Part shown: one piece after another, positions 16,538 through 27,185 of the stretch
Numbering within the stretch: position 1 is the stretch's first letter
How the letters are laid out: each line of letters begins with the position of its first letter
Program-made: the position numbers and the translations under genes
The notes under the pieces: model-generated
The model's database searches: none
Told to the model about the DNA's origin: nothing
The model's input: the letters and a program-made list of their open reading frames with translations, nothing else
Source: Christensenellaceae bacterium
GTDB lineage: Bacteria; Bacillota; Clostridia; Christensenellales; Borkfalkiaceae
Direction: 5' to 3'
NCBI GenBank assembly: GCA_045535015.1
Contig: JAZSKW010000010.1
Span: 101,051-165,050, forward strand
Length of the DNA stretch: 64,000 bases

Positions 16538-19060
16538 ATGAGCAAAACCAAAATTGAAGGTATCGGTGTTGATACAAAAGCGACATATGATGTTGAAGGT
16601 GAAAAGTCTGGCGCATTAAAGCTTGTAGGTATTACTAAAACTTACGGCTCGGGCGAGCAGGCCGTTAAAGCTCTAAAAGGCGTGGACTTAGAGTTTCGCA
16701 AAAACGAATTTGTAGCCATTTTAGGCCCGTCTGGCTGTGGCAAAACCACCTTGCTTAATATTATAGGCGGCCTTGATAGGTATACCTCGGGCGACCTTAT
16801 TATTGGCGGCAGGTCAACAAAAAATTATAACGATAAAGATTGGGATGCTTACCGCAATAATAGCATAGGCTTTGTGTTCCAAAGTTATAATCTTATACCT
16901 CATCAAACGGTGCTTGCCAACGTAGAACTTTCGTTAGAGCTTTCGGGTGTGTCCAAAAAAGAACGTCGCGAAAAAGCCCTAAGCATTTTGTCGCAAGTAG
17001 GCTTGCATGACCAAGCGCATAAACGCCCCAACCAGTTATCTGGTGGACAAATGCAAAGGGTTGCCATTGCGCGCGCACTAATAAACAATCCCGATATAAT
17101 CTTAGCGGACGAACCAACCGGCGCACTCGACACCGAAACGAGCGTTCAAGTAATGGATATTCTTAAAGAAGTTGCAAAAGACCGCTTGGTTATAATGGTT
17201 ACTCACAACCCCGAATTAGCCGATAGATACGCAACGAGAATAATAAGGCTTTTAGACGGCGAAAAAATAGACGATACCAATCCGTATAAGGAAGAAGTCG
17301 CACCTGAGCCAAAGGTTATTCGCAAGCCAAAAATGGGGTTAAAAACGGCTTTTGGGCTGTCCCTTAAAAACCTTGTATCAAAGCGCGCAAGGACAATTTT
17401 GACCTCTATTGCAGGCAGTATCGGTATTATAGGCGTTGCGCTTGTTCTTGCCCTTTCAAACGGCTTTAACGCATATATGGCAAGAATGCAAACGGACAGC
17501 GTCGCAGCCTATCCGCTGACCATTAGCGAAAGCTCGGTTGACCTATCAAACGCGACAAAAATTTACGATAATCAGTTAAAGCATAAATATCCAGAACTTG
17601 ACAATATTTTAGTCCAAGAGGGCTTTGATAATTTTGCAGGTATGCTTAAAAGCAACGTTATAAACGACACCTCAACAGGCGGCTTTTTAGATTATCTTGG
17701 TAAAACCGACCCCTCACTTTATTATTCAATCAACTATGACTACGGCTTTGACGTAAGCAGTTATATTTTTACCGATATAACGCTAAATAGCACCGTGCGG
17801 TTTAGTTCGATAGATAGAATTGCCTCTGAGTTAGAAAGCAAGTTTGATGGTAAAATTCAAAGCGCAATGGGTGGTATGATGGGCGCAAGCTTTATCCGCC
17901 AGTATATACCTACCGTTCAAGAAATTCCTAGTGGCGAGCTTATAAAAACGCAGTATGATAAACTGTGGGGCGATTGGCCTACATTTACCAAAGAGGGCGC
18001 AAAGCAGCTTTTGCTGGTCGTTGACGAATATAACGGAATAAGTGATATAACCTTGACGCTATTGGGCTATATGAACTGTGATATTGACGAAAGCACAAAC
18101 GAATTTACCTTTCAAGAGATAAAAGACGGTATTGCCCTTGAAGATATGGTCGGCAAAAAGTTTTACCTTGGCAAAAACGAGCAAAATTATCAAATTACTA
18201 AAAACAGTTTAACAGGTCAGGATGAAATTGCCCAAAAGGCTGAAAGCGATTTAGATAAATCGGCTATGGAGGAATTGGAAATTGTCGGTATAATTCGCCC
18301 AAAAGAAAACGTTTCCGGCATACTTGACTCCGGCATAGCGTATACAAGACAGCTTACCGAAAAGATTTTGGATGATAACAAAGACGGCGCAGTCGCTACA
18401 ACGGCAAAGCAGCTTGCTGATAATCCACCTATGTCAAATATGCAAGCGATGTATTCCGCAATGGCAAGAAAGGTTGCAGCGATAGATACCCCTTCAAACA
18501 TAAGTATTTACGCAAAAGATTTTGACAGTAAAGAAGAAATCAAAGCATATATTGACGAGTGGAACGACGCGCTCCCCGAAGATGACGAAAAGCGCATTGC
18601 TTATGCCGATATGATGAGTATGATGTTCGGCTTTATGAACACAATGGTAGATGCAATAACTTACGTTTTGGTGGCTCTAACGTCCGTTTCACTAATCGTA
18701 TCTAGTGTTATGATAAGTATAATAACTTATACCTCGGTAGTGGAAAGAACCAAAGAAATTGGTGTTTTAAGGGCGCTTGGTGCATCAAAAGGTGAAATTT
18801 CCAGAGTATTTAATGCCGAAACCTTCCTCATAGGTTTGTTTGCAGGTGTATTTGGCGTAGGTGTAACATATCTATTGTCAATACCAATCAACCTAATTTT
18901 AGGCGGACTTGTTGCAGGTATTGGCAGCATAGCTGTGCTGTCGCCAATCGCCGCAATAGTGCTTGTGGTAATTAGTGTAACGCTTACCCTTTTAGCAGGA
19001 CTAATTCCGTCAAGAATAGCCGCTAAAAAGGACCCGGTTGTCGCACTGCGCACCGAATAA
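16538..19060 (+). CDS. Fused ABC transporter ATP-binding/permease protein (MacB/FtsX-like)
   Basis: N-terminal Walker [25 protein letters not shown] and Walker [12 protein letters not shown]. Then one TM, a large extracytoplasmic region and a C-terminal FtsX-type 3-TM bundle. Confidence 0.85.
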   Translation: MSKTKIEGIGVDTKATYDVEGEKSGALKLVGITKTYGSGEQAVKALKGVDLEFRKNEFVAILGPSGCGKTTLLNIIGGLDRYTSGDLIIGGRSTKNYNDKDWDAYRNNSIGFVFQSYNLIPHQTVLANVELSLELSGVSKKERREKALSILSQVGLHDQAHKRPNQLSGGQMQRVAIARALINNPDIILADEPTGALDTETSVQVMDILKEVAKDRLVIMVTHNPELADRYATRIIRLLDGEKIDDTNPYKEEVAPEPKVIRKPKMGLKTAFGLSLKNLVSKRARTILTSIAGSIGIIGVALVLALSNGFNAYMARMQTDSVAAYPLTISESSVDLSNATKIYDNQLKHKYPELDNILVQEGFDNFAGMLKSNVINDTSTGGFLDYLGKTDPSLYYSINYDYGFDVSSYIFTDITLNSTVRFSSIDRIASELESKFDGKIQSAMGGMMGASFIRQYIPTVQEIPSGELIKTQYDKLWGDWPTFTKEGAKQLLLVVDEYNGISDITLTLLGYMNCDIDESTNEFTFQEIKDGIALEDMVGKKFYLGKNEQNYQITKNSLTGQDEIAQKAESDLDKSAMEELEIVGIIRPKENVSGILDSGIAYTRQLTEKILDDNKDGAVATTAKQLADNPPMSNMQAMYSAMARKVAAIDTPSNISIYAKDFDSKEEIKAYIDEWNDALPEDDEKRIAYADMMSMMFGFMNTMVDAITYVLVALTSVSLIVSSVMISIITYTSVVERTKEIGVLRALGASKGEISRVFNAETFLIGLFAGVFGVGVTYLLSIPINLILGGLVAGIGSIAVLSPIAAIVLVVISVTLTLLAGLIPSRIAAKKDPVVALRTE

Positions 19061-19088
19061 AACAGCTTACTAAATAAAGGCAGTAATA

Positions 19089-19126
19089 AAAGACTAACGA
19101 AAATTTTTTCGTTAGTCTTTATTTTT
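19089..19126 (+). terminator. Intrinsic terminator after the ABC transporter
   Basis: AAGACTAACGAAAA/TTTTCGTTAGTCTT long stem followed by ATTTTT. Confidence 0.75.
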
Positions 19127-19192
19127 GCTTTGACAAAGCTTTTGACCTTTATTTTATAGAGTAATATCTAAGAATTAAAATTAACTATAAAA

Positions 19193-19693
19193 TTATATAT
19201 ACAAGTTTATTATTGTTTTCTTCTTTTTTACCGCATAGTGATATGCGGTTCTTGTGCCGCTGTTATGCTTAGTGTGTGATGAAAAAGAAAAGTTTGATTG
19301 TAGTCTTAATGTTGGGGTATAGTTTTTGTTGTAATAAAAAATACAATAGGTAGAATTGTCTATCATTTCATAATTTCTCTCAACATAAGAAAATTTTCCT
19401 GCTTTTTCTAACTTGGCGGGGTAATACGTTTCCTCATAAGATTTTAGTAAGTAATCTTCGTAAGATTTGTCTATGCATTGATAAGCAGCCCTAACGTAAA
19501 CTCTTTTTATAAAAGGGTATTTGTTTTTAAGTGCCGTAACAGTTTTCCACGATAAATCGTCAAATTCACTTATGCTTCCAAAAAGAAAAGTTTTTACACC
19601 CTTATCAATCAGTGCAATTATGGTTTGTTTTAATGAAACAACAAGTTTTGTATTTATATTAATCTTTCTATGCCTAATAAAGCAAGCTCGCAT
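19193..19693 (-). CDS. SLOG-fold / DUF1273 (YpsA-like) protein
   Basis: CFIRHRK N-terminus and ...YVERNYEMIDNS..., ...YHYAVKKKKTIINLY resemble the DUF1273 pattern (C-F-TGHR ... RN..MVD ... YA.K....IIN). Strong RBS AAGGGGG. Visibly AT-rich. Confidence 0.5.
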   Translation of the reverse strand: MRACFIRHRKININTKLVVSLKQTIIALIDKGVKTFLFGSISEFDDLSWKTVTALKNKYPFIKRVYVRAAYQCIDKSYEDYLLKSYEETYYPAKLEKAGKFSYVERNYEMIDNSTYCIFYYNKNYTPTLRLQSNFSFSSHTKHNSGTRTAYHYAVKKKKTIINLYI

Positions 19694-19707
19694 ATTTTAC
19701 CCCCTTA

Positions 19708-19833
19708 TTCGTGGAGTTCCGTAAAATTATAACAAAAATATGCAGCAAAGTCAATTTCGTGGAACTCCACGAGAGTAAATATTTAAAAATTCATATAATA
19801 ATTTCGTGGAATAGCGATAAGAAATTCCGTGAA
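19708..19833. promoter_or_regulatory. Three TTCGTGGA-containing repeats in the divergent SLOG/XRE intergenic region
   Basis: TTCGTGGAGTTCCGT (19708), TTCGTGGAACTCCACGA (19756, arms CGTGGA/TCCACG) and TTCGTGGAA...TTCCGTGAA (19803). Spacing is 48 and 47 bp. The 12-mer GGAACTCCACGA is shared by sites 1 (inverted) and 2. Confidence 0.5.
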
Positions 19834-19842
19834 GGTGTTTAT

Positions 19843-20076
19843 ATGAATATAAATGATGCGATTGTTAAAAGAATTGGGGAAATATGCAAGGAGAAAAATG
19901 TTAACGTATGCGAAGCAACGTTAAACGGAGGGAAATCTCCATCTGCAATATACGATTTGATTAAAGGCAGAACAAAATGCTCTAAGGTGTCCACTATAAA
20001 AGCCTTTTGTCAAGGCGTAGGAATAACGTTATCACAGTTTTTTGATAAAGATTATTTTAACGATTTTGAAGAATAA
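19843..20076 (+). CDS. Small XRE-family HTH protein (77 aa)
   Basis: The internal ATG at 19843 gives MNINDAIVKRIGEICKEKNVN...STIKAFCQGVGITLSQFF, a typical HTH_3 layout. The upstream part of track ORF 19711.. covers the repeat/promoter region. Confidence 0.6.
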   Translation: MNINDAIVKRIGEICKEKNVNVCEATLNGGKSPSAIYDLIKGRTKCSKVSTIKAFCQGVGITLSQFFDKDYFNDFEE

Positions 20077-20090
20077 TATTTATAAAAATT

Positions 20091-20116
20091 AAAGCCACGG
20101 ACAAATCCGTGGCTTT
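20091..20116. terminator. Hairpin after the XRE gene
   Basis: AAAGCCACGG-ACAAAT-CCGTGGCTTT. Confidence 0.5.
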
Positions 20117-20265
20117 AATCAATGTAGCATAAAATATCAATATTGTATAAAATTCTCTGTAAAAAAGACGTAATATTCTTCCGCTTTTTCATATATAGAT
20201 TTTATATATAGTTTATATATATAGCTAGCAATAAATATAACAAAAAATATAACAAAAATGCAAAC

Positions 20266-20293
20266 AACAAAAAAACCGAGGGCATAGCCTCGG
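20266..20293 (-). terminator. Intrinsic terminator of rpmB
   Basis: CCGAGG-loop-CCTCGG followed by a T-run on the minus strand. Confidence 0.8.
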
Positions 20294-20336
20294 CTTAATG
20301 TTTTTTTGAATACCAAAAAAGAGTAAGGATAAAAGA

Positions 20337-20528
20337 TTAAGCTCTTTCAACCTTGCCAGCTTTAAGGCATCTGGTGCAAACGTATTCTTTGGAAACGGTG
20401 CCGTTTGCATTTTTAACACTTACTTTTTGAAGGTTTGCTTCATAAAGCTTGGGGGTTTTACGGTTAGAGTGGCTAACCAAATTACCAGACAACTTACCTT
20501 TACCGCATACACTGCATACTCTGCTCAT
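20337..20528 (-). CDS. rpmB: 50S ribosomal protein L28
   Basis: MSRVCSVCGKGKLSGNLVSHSNRKT... The start is at the internal ATG, preceded by GGAGG. Confidence 0.9.
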   Translation of the reverse strand: MSRVCSVCGKGKLSGNLVSHSNRKTPKLYEANLQKVSVKNANGTVSKEYVCTRCLKAGKVERA

Positions 20529-20738
20529 ATTTTTATCCTCCAATGGAAATTACTTCTTTTTGCTACAAGATACTTTACCATAAAAATAACAAAAAAGCAA
20601 CAAATTTACACGGAATTTGTTAAAATTTTACCTTAAAAAATTTTTAAGCACTTAAAAAGCCGATATTTTACGTCAAAGTGTTGCAAATGGCTATAAAATA
20701 TTGTAAAATATATATATCGCAAAGCATTTGAGGTTGTT

Positions 20739-21089
20739 ATGTCAGTAAAAACCGATAACATTTACGGCAAGATTATTATATCAGACGATACGATTGAAAG
20801 GTTCGTTTCGCACGTTGCTACCGATTGTTATGGCATCGTGGGTTTTGCACCTGCAAGTCTGGTTGATGCTCTTGTCGGTTTTTTTAAATTTGGGTCAGCC
20901 GTCAAGGGTGTAAAAGTTCGCACACTTGGCGACAGAATTTTTGTTGACCTTTCGGTTCTCGTCAAGTTTGGCGTATCCATCAAAGCGGTTGTTGACGCTC
21001 TTAAAGAATCGGTCAAATATAAGGTTGAGCGATTTACAGGTATGATAGTTGATACAATCAACGTCAACGTTTTGGGTGTCGAACGGTAA
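20739..21089 (+). CDS. Asp23/Gls24 family envelope stress protein (YloU-like)
   Basis: IERFVSHVATDCYGIVG... and conserved rpmB / yloU / yloV / recG synteny. Confidence 0.85.
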   Translation: MSVKTDNIYGKIIISDDTIERFVSHVATDCYGIVGFAPASLVDALVGFFKFGSAVKGVKVRTLGDRIFVDLSVLVKFGVSIKAVVDALKESVKYKVERFTGMIVDTINVNVLGVER

Positions 21090-21127
21090 GCGATAAATTT
21101 AATTTGTCTATAATTAATGGTGTATAT

Positions 21128-22759
21128 ATGCAAAAAACGATAAACGGTTCAATGTTAAAGTCAATGATATTGACCGGAGCAAAATTATTAGAAGTTAACA
21201 GGGCATACGTTGACTCACTCAACGTTTTTCCCGTTCCTGATGGCGACACTGGCACAAACATGTCGCTCACTTTGCAATCGGCAGTAAAAGAGGTTGTCGC
21301 TTGCAAATCAAACAAAATTGCCGACGTTGCGGAAGCTGTAAGCAAAGGCGCGCTTCGCGGTGCAAGAGGTAACTCTGGCGTTATCACCTCACAAATTTTG
21401 AGAGGTATTTGTAACGTCCTAAAAAATGCCGAAGAAATTGACACCAAGCTTTTCACCCAAGCGATCACCTCTGGTGCAGAGGTTGCGTATGGTGCCGTTT
21501 CCCGTCCCAAAGAAGGCACAATTTTAACGGTTATTAGACTTATTGCAGAGCATATGGAAAAGGTTCGCGGTAAGTATAAAGATTTTGAAATATACTTCCC
21601 TGAACTTTTGAAGGCAGGAAACGAAGCTGTCGAAATCACCCCCACCTTATTGCCAGTTCTTAAAAAGGCAGGCGTTGTCGATGCCGGCGGTAAGGGCTTA
21701 ATGTTTATTTTTGAGGGTATGTTCAAGGCTCTTATGGGCGAAACAGTCGAGGCTGCTACCGTTGAAGTTAAAACTCAGGTAGACGAAATGCCCCTTGATA
21801 ATCACGCGGACATTATGAATCTTGGCAATATCGAATTTGCATATTGCACGGAATTTTTCATTATCAACTTAAAGAAAAAGACCACCACGGCAGATATTAA
21901 GCGTTTTAAAGAATTCTTAATGACGATAGGCGATAGTGAAATCGTTATTGGCGACTTAGAAATGGTTAAAGTTCACGTCCACACCAACAAGCCGGGTGTT
22001 GTTTTAACCAAGGCATTGGAACTTGGCGAGCTTGATAAACTTAAAATTGAAAACATGTTAGAGCAAAACCGCGCTCTAATGAAAAAATACGAGGAAGAAA
22101 AGAAAGAAATCGGCATGATGGCTGTTTCTGCTGGCGACGGTATTACCAGCATCTTTAAAGACCTTATGGTTGACGCAGTCATTGAGGGCGGTCAATCAAT
22201 GAATCCTTCAGCAAACGACATTGCCGAAGCCGTTCAACGTATCAATGCGGCAAACGTATTCGTTTTCCCCAATAATAAGAACATTATTCTTGCTGCTGAA
22301 CAAGCAAAATCGTTAGTGGAAAACAAGACAATTCACGTTATTCCCACCAAGAGTATACCTCAGGGATTTTCGGCAGCTCTTGCCTTTAATCCCGACCTTC
22401 CCGTCAGCGAAAACAAGGCAAATATGCTCCACGCGCTTGACACGGTTACCGATGGTCAAATTACTTACGCAGTCCGCAACACCAAGATAGGTGGCTTCAC
22501 TATTAAGGAAGGCGACATTATGGGTATGGATAACAAAAAGATTCTTGCAAAGGGCAACAATCTTGACGAAGTTACTATGAGCCTTATTGAAAAGCTCCGC
22601 AGTGGCGAGGATATCATTACACTCTACTATGGTCAAGACGTAAAGGAAGAGGACGCAGTCAAACTTCAAGCAGCTATTCAAGAAAAGTATCCCGAATGTG
22701 ACGTTGAGCTTCACTACGGCGGTCAACCCATTTACTACTACTACGTTGCGCTTGAATAA
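21128..22759 (+). CDS. DAK2 domain-containing protein (YloV-like)
   Basis: NVFPVPDGDTGTNM Dak2 motif. ATG 21128 is preferred over TTG 21104; the start is uncertain. Confidence 0.85.
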   Translation: MQKTINGSMLKSMILTGAKLLEVNRAYVDSLNVFPVPDGDTGTNMSLTLQSAVKEVVACKSNKIADVAEAVSKGALRGARGNSGVITSQILRGICNVLKNAEEIDTKLFTQAITSGAEVAYGAVSRPKEGTILTVIRLIAEHMEKVRGKYKDFEIYFPELLKAGNEAVEITPTLLPVLKKAGVVDAGGKGLMFIFEGMFKALMGETVEAATVEVKTQVDEMPLDNHADIMNLGNIEFAYCTEFFIINLKKKTTTADIKRFKEFLMTIGDSEIVIGDLEMVKVHVHTNKPGVVLTKALELGELDKLKIENMLEQNRALMKKYEEEKKEIGMMAVSAGDGITSIFKDLMVDAVIEGGQSMNPSANDIAEAVQRINAANVFVFPNNKNIILAAEQAKSLVENKTIHVIPTKSIPQGFSAALAFNPDLPVSENKANMLHALDTVTDGQITYAVRNTKIGGFTIKEGDIMGMDNKKILAKGNNLDEVTMSLIEKLRSGEDIITLYYGQDVKEEDAVKLQAAIQEKYPECDVELHYGGQPIYYYYVALE

Positions 22760-22777
22760 GATTTATAACGTTTATAC

Positions 22778-22811
22778 GGGAAAGGATAACAAATATTCTT
22801 TCCCTTTTTTT
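22778..22811 (+). terminator. Intrinsic terminator
   Basis: GGGAAAG-loop-CTTTCCC followed by TTTTTTT. Confidence 0.8.
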
Positions 22812-22935
22812 AACGTGATATGACTAAATTTTGGCTAAAAATCGTTAAAAACGGCTAAAATTTAACTAAAACAACAAAAAATCAACAAAATCACGGCAAA
22901 AACTTTTAAGCTATAAAAACAACAAAAAAGTAATT

Positions 22936-24945
22936 ATGGAACTGACAAAAATTCGCGGAATAAACGAAAAGCGAGAGCAAGATTTTCTTAAAGCAGGTGT
23001 GCGTGACACGGCAGACCTTGCGCGGTATTTTCCGCGCAGGTATTTAGACCTGCGCGAAAAACAGCTTTTAAAATATGCTTACCATAACGACGTTGTTTTG
23101 ACAGCCGGCAAGGTTATCAAGGTCAATACAAATTATTTCCGCACAATGAGTAGGGTTACGGCAATTTGCGAGCAAGAGGGGTTTGTATTTACGATAGTTT
23201 GGTGGAACCAACCCTACGTTGCGGCAAAGCTAATCGTTGGTGAAGATTATCTTTTTTACGGCAGAGTAAGGGTAGATGACGTTGGCGTTAGCTTGGTTAA
23301 TCCTACTTATGAGCTTTGTGAAAAGGCGTTTAGGTTAAAAGGCATTGTTCCGCAGTATTCGTTAAAGGGCAACCTTACCCAAAAGGTAGTGCGTGATGCC
23401 GCAAGGCTTGCCGTGGATATTGAAAAGCCCAAAAGTATAATTCCTGAAAGTATAATTGCAAAATATGGCTTAAAAGACCTATATACCGCATACCGACAAG
23501 TGCATAATCCCTTGGATTTTTCTAATGAAAAAGTGGCAGCTGATAGAATTGCTGTTGAGGAGTATTTTGCACTTATTTCCGCCTTTAAAGTCATAAAAGG
23601 CAGTCGCGAACAGGTGCGACTAAACAAATATAATTGCTCTTATGACCAGCTTAATGCGTTTATAAAAAACCGCTTTCCGTTCGAGTTTACCGATGGTCAA
23701 AAAAAAGCTGTGCAAGAAATTTTTGCCGATATGACCGGCGCAAACGTGATGAACAGACTTTTGCAAGGTGACGTTGGCAGTGGCAAGACAGCCGTTAGTA
23801 TGTGCGCAACGTTTATAGCCGTGCATAGTGGTTATCAAACTAGTATTTTGTCCCCTACCGAAGTGCTTGCAAGGCAAAACTACAACGCTGCGGTCAAGGC
23901 TTTTCCCGACTACAACGTTGCATTGCTTACAGGCTCAATGGGTGCTAAGGAAAAGCGCATGATAAAGGCTGGTCTTCAAGCTGGTTTTTATCATATTTTG
24001 GTTGGCACACACGCAGTTTTGCAGGACGACGTGCAATTTAAAAATTTATCCCTTTGCATTTGTGACGAGCAGCAACGCTTCGGTGTGGCTCAGCGCAGCA
24101 GCTTAACCAATAAGGGCTTGGTTCCAGACGTTTTGGTAATGAGCGCAACCCCCATACCAAGAACACTTTCTTTAATTTTCTACGGCGACCTTGATATAAC
24201 CACTATTAGCGAAAAGCCAAAAGATAGAATACCAATTCAAACCAATATCGTTCCCAAATATAAATATGACGATATGCTGGGTTTTATTGAAAAGGAAATT
24301 AAAGCAGGTAGGCAAGCTTACCTTGTTTGTCCCAAAATTGATGAGGACGAGGAAGGCTCTGTAATGAGCGTTACCGAACTTTACGACAGCATTTGTGAAA
24401 AATTTCCCTCAATCAACATGGGGCTATTCCACGGCAAAATGAAAGATGCCGAAAAAAACCAAGTAATGCAAGACTTTAAGGATAATAAAATTGGACTTTT
24501 AGTATGCACTACTGTAATAGAGGTAGGTGTAGACGTTCCTAATGCATCGGTTATGGTAATTTATAATGCAGAGCGGTTTGGGCTATCGCAGCTTCACCAA
24601 TTACGCGGCAGAGTGGGCAGGTCTGACATTAAAAGCTACTGTTTTTTGATGACTGGCGCAACGCAAGGGGAAGCAATAGAGCGGCTTGCTGTAATCAAAG
24701 ATAACGTCGACGGGTTTAAAATTTCCGAATACGATTATAAATTTCGTGGTTCAGGTGACTTTATGGGTAGCCGACAAAGTGGGAAATTTATGACCGATTT
24801 AGGTAACTTAAATTACAGCACCGATTCAATTTTTCTTGCGAAGAAAATCAGTGACGAAGTTTTTGAAAAAGGTCTTTGCACCGAAGAAATTAGACGTATC
24901 GCAATAAAAAAATACGAAAAACTAAAAGATATTACTCTAAACTAG
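22936..24945 (+). CDS. recG: ATP-dependent DNA helicase RecG
   Basis: Wedge-domain N-terminus; helicase motifs GDVGSGKT, DEQQRFG, SATPIPRT, QLHQLRGRVGR. Confidence 0.9.
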   Translation: MELTKIRGINEKREQDFLKAGVRDTADLARYFPRRYLDLREKQLLKYAYHNDVVLTAGKVIKVNTNYFRTMSRVTAICEQEGFVFTIVWWNQPYVAAKLIVGEDYLFYGRVRVDDVGVSLVNPTYELCEKAFRLKGIVPQYSLKGNLTQKVVRDAARLAVDIEKPKSIIPESIIAKYGLKDLYTAYRQVHNPLDFSNEKVAADRIAVEEYFALISAFKVIKGSREQVRLNKYNCSYDQLNAFIKNRFPFEFTDGQKKAVQEIFADMTGANVMNRLLQGDVGSGKTAVSMCATFIAVHSGYQTSILSPTEVLARQNYNAAVKAFPDYNVALLTGSMGAKEKRMIKAGLQAGFYHILVGTHAVLQDDVQFKNLSLCICDEQQRFGVAQRSSLTNKGLVPDVLVMSATPIPRTLSLIFYGDLDITTISEKPKDRIPIQTNIVPKYKYDDMLGFIEKEIKAGRQAYLVCPKIDEDEEGSVMSVTELYDSICEKFPSINMGLFHGKMKDAEKNQVMQDFKDNKIGLLVCTTVIEVGVDVPNASVMVIYNAERFGLSQLHQLRGRVGRSDIKSYCFLMTGATQGEAIERLAVIKDNVDGFKISEYDYKFRGSGDFMGSRQSGKFMTDLGNLNYSTDSIFLAKKISDEVFEKGLCTEEIRRIAIKKYEKLKDITLN

Positions 24946-25133
24946 CAACTGTATAAGTAATAGGTAAAAGGCAGTAAATATTTTTTAATAAAATTATTTA
25001 TAAAAAATAAATTGTTTTATAATTGCAAAACGGTAGATGCCTAATAAAATTATATAAGCAAAAAACCAATAGGTGCCCAATAAATTTGTTTATATAAGCA
25101 ATAAAACTATAAGCAATAAAACTGATATTTATT

Positions 25134-25179
25134 CAACAAAAAACCCGCCACGGCTTTCGCCGTGGCGGGTTAATTTTTT
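25134..25179. terminator. Bidirectional intrinsic terminator
   Basis: A-run, CCCGCCACGGC-TTTC-GCCGTGGCGGG, T-run. Confidence 0.8.
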
Positions 25180-25243
25180 ATAACTAAATTTTATAAAACA
25201 CTACAACACAAAACCTAATATGTACTAAAATTTTCTTGTAAAT

Positions 25244-25870
25244 CTATTTAATTCTCTTATAGAAAAAGCGGAATATAATGATACCCTGTGCCGGCAAACC
25301 CGTCAAAAAAATCAACCATAGTGTTGCTGGTGGAGAAATTAGTGCGTTAATCAAAATTAAATATATAGCAGTAATAGTGGTCCACGTCAAAAAAGAGTGG
25401 AACATCATATTCCAAAAATTATTTCCCCAAACGGAAGTTAGTATTGATAAAATCATCAAGGTAATAGGTGTTGCAATAATAAATGCAAGCCACGTTTTAC
25501 CGGAAAATGATGGAAAAATAATTTCTATAAAAGCATAGGCAATAACAGCGATTAGCCATACGGAAAGGGCTGCGATAGCCGATATTATAAACCGCTTGCG
25601 GCTGATGTTGAGGTAGGTTTTTGGCTCGGGCTTAGGGGTGTCTAAAAGGGTATCAATTTTAACCCCGTAAAAATCTGCAAGCTGTTTTAGGACTGCAAGG
25701 TCAGGCACGCTTTCACCGCGCTCCCACTTAGAAACGGCTTTGTCCGAGTAATTCAGCCTTTCGGCAAGCTCTGCTTGCGTAAGGTTAACAGCCTTTCTGT
25801 ATTTAACTAAATTGCTTGCAAGATTGCTTTTTACGTCAACAAGCTTTGGAACTGTGTTTTGAACCTTCAT
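25244..25870 (-). CDS. Membrane-anchored XRE-family HTH regulator
   Basis: N-terminal HTH (NLTQAELAERLNYSDKAVSKWERGESVPD) followed by about 4 predicted TM helices. I chose the ATG at 25870; no clear SD. Confidence 0.7.
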   Translation of the reverse strand: MKVQNTVPKLVDVKSNLASNLVKYRKAVNLTQAELAERLNYSDKAVSKWERGESVPDLAVLKQLADFYGVKIDTLLDTPKPEPKTYLNISRKRFIISAIAALSVWLIAVIAYAFIEIIFPSFSGKTWLAFIIATPITLMILSILTSVWGNNFWNMMFHSFLTWTTITAIYLILINALISPPATLWLIFLTGLPAQGIIIFRFFYKRIK

Positions 25871-26108
25871 ATCAATATAATAACACAAAATCGCGCAATA
25901 AGCAATAAAAAACGCGCGTTTTTTGTAAATTCTACCGTTGGTAGAGTGGGTAAAATTACTCTACTAATCCTAAAAAAAGTGTAGACGCAAAAAGAGCGGT
26001 TTTTTGTTGTAAAAATTTTTTATATGTAATATTATAATTGCAACCATAAAGAGAAAAATAAAAAAGCAAACGTTAAGTTAGTGTAAAAAAATACAGGAGG
26101 GCAGTTAT

Positions 26109-26978
26109 ATGGCAAAAATTAAAATTTCAGCTGAAAGCACTATTGACCTTACAAAAGAATTGTTGACTAAATACGATATAAACACAGTTCCTTTTACCTT
26201 GCAATTAGGGGACAAAACGGCACTTGACGGCGAGATTACCGCCGATGAAATTATTGATTACGTATCAAAAACAAAAATTTTACCCAAAACCAGTGCGGTC
26301 AACGAATATCAGTATACCGAGCATTTTACAAATCTTTTAAAAGATGCAGACGCAGTAATTCACTTTACGTTATCGGCTGAAATGTCTCTTGCAAATTCAA
26401 ATGCGCGCCGCGCAGCAGATGCGATAAACGCACAAAAAGAAGGTAGCGTATACGTAATTGACACACGTTCTTTATCAACAGGTATAGCCCTTCTTGCAAT
26501 TTATGCAAAAGAGCTTGTGGACAAAGGGTTTTCCGCTGCCGAAGTATACCAAAAGTGCTTAGAGCGCGTCCCTTACGTGCAAGCAAGTTTTGAGCTTAAC
26601 AGGGTAGATTACTTATACAAGGGCGGCAGATGCAGTGCGCTTGTTTACCTTGGCGCAAACCTACTAAAAATTCGTCCGCAGATTTTGGTAAAAGATGGTA
26701 AAATGGTATCGGGCAAAAAATACCGCGGCAAATATTCGCAAGTTGTTGAAAAATATTGTCAAGACGTTTTGCAAGAGTTCGATAACCCTGACTTAACTAG
26801 GGCATTTTTGACCTACACCACCGCAGATGAAAAGGTGTTAGAAATAGCAAAAAACAGCTTAATCGAGGCTGGGTTTAAGGAAATTTTGGTTACGCGTGCC
26901 GGCGGAACAATCACCTCGCATTGCGGTGAAGACTGCCTGGGCATACTTTACATAAACGACGGTGGTAAAAACGCATAA
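26109..26978 (+). CDS. DegV family fatty-acid-binding protein
   Basis: Typical DegV layout (ISAESTIDL..., PKTSAVN, DTRSLSTG, GGRCS). Confidence 0.9.
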   Translation: MAKIKISAESTIDLTKELLTKYDINTVPFTLQLGDKTALDGEITADEIIDYVSKTKILPKTSAVNEYQYTEHFTNLLKDADAVIHFTLSAEMSLANSNARRAADAINAQKEGSVYVIDTRSLSTGIALLAIYAKELVDKGFSAAEVYQKCLERVPYVQASFELNRVDYLYKGGRCSALVYLGANLLKIRPQILVKDGKMVSGKKYRGKYSQVVEKYCQDVLQEFDNPDLTRAFLTYTTADEKVLEIAKNSLIEAGFKEILVTRAGGTITSHCGEDCLGILYINDGGKNA

Positions 26979-27150
26979 AGGTCAAAGCTTGCTAATTGCT
27001 TGCAGGAGTTACACTTAAAGCGTCTTGCAGCCAACCTTTTATTCCCGTCTATAATCCCCACTTTAAATTTTGCTTTTAAGTTGCGATATTAATCTCAATC
27101 TTTATTGCGAATATATTCACTATAAAAAAATTAACAAAAACCAAAAATAT

Positions 27151-27185
27151 ATAGGTCGCACCCAAAATGGTTCGACCTATTTTTG
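27151..27185 (+). terminator. Hairpin + T-run about 170 nt after degV
   Basis: ATAGGTCG...CGACCTAT followed by TTTT. Confidence 0.55.

Noticed and set aside
20195-20265. TATATATAG and ATATAACAAAAA short direct repeats between the XRE islet and rpmB.
   Set aside because: These are AT-rich simple repeats with no associated ORF, hairpin or DnaA-box-like motif. They are probably compositional noise, at most an islet boundary.
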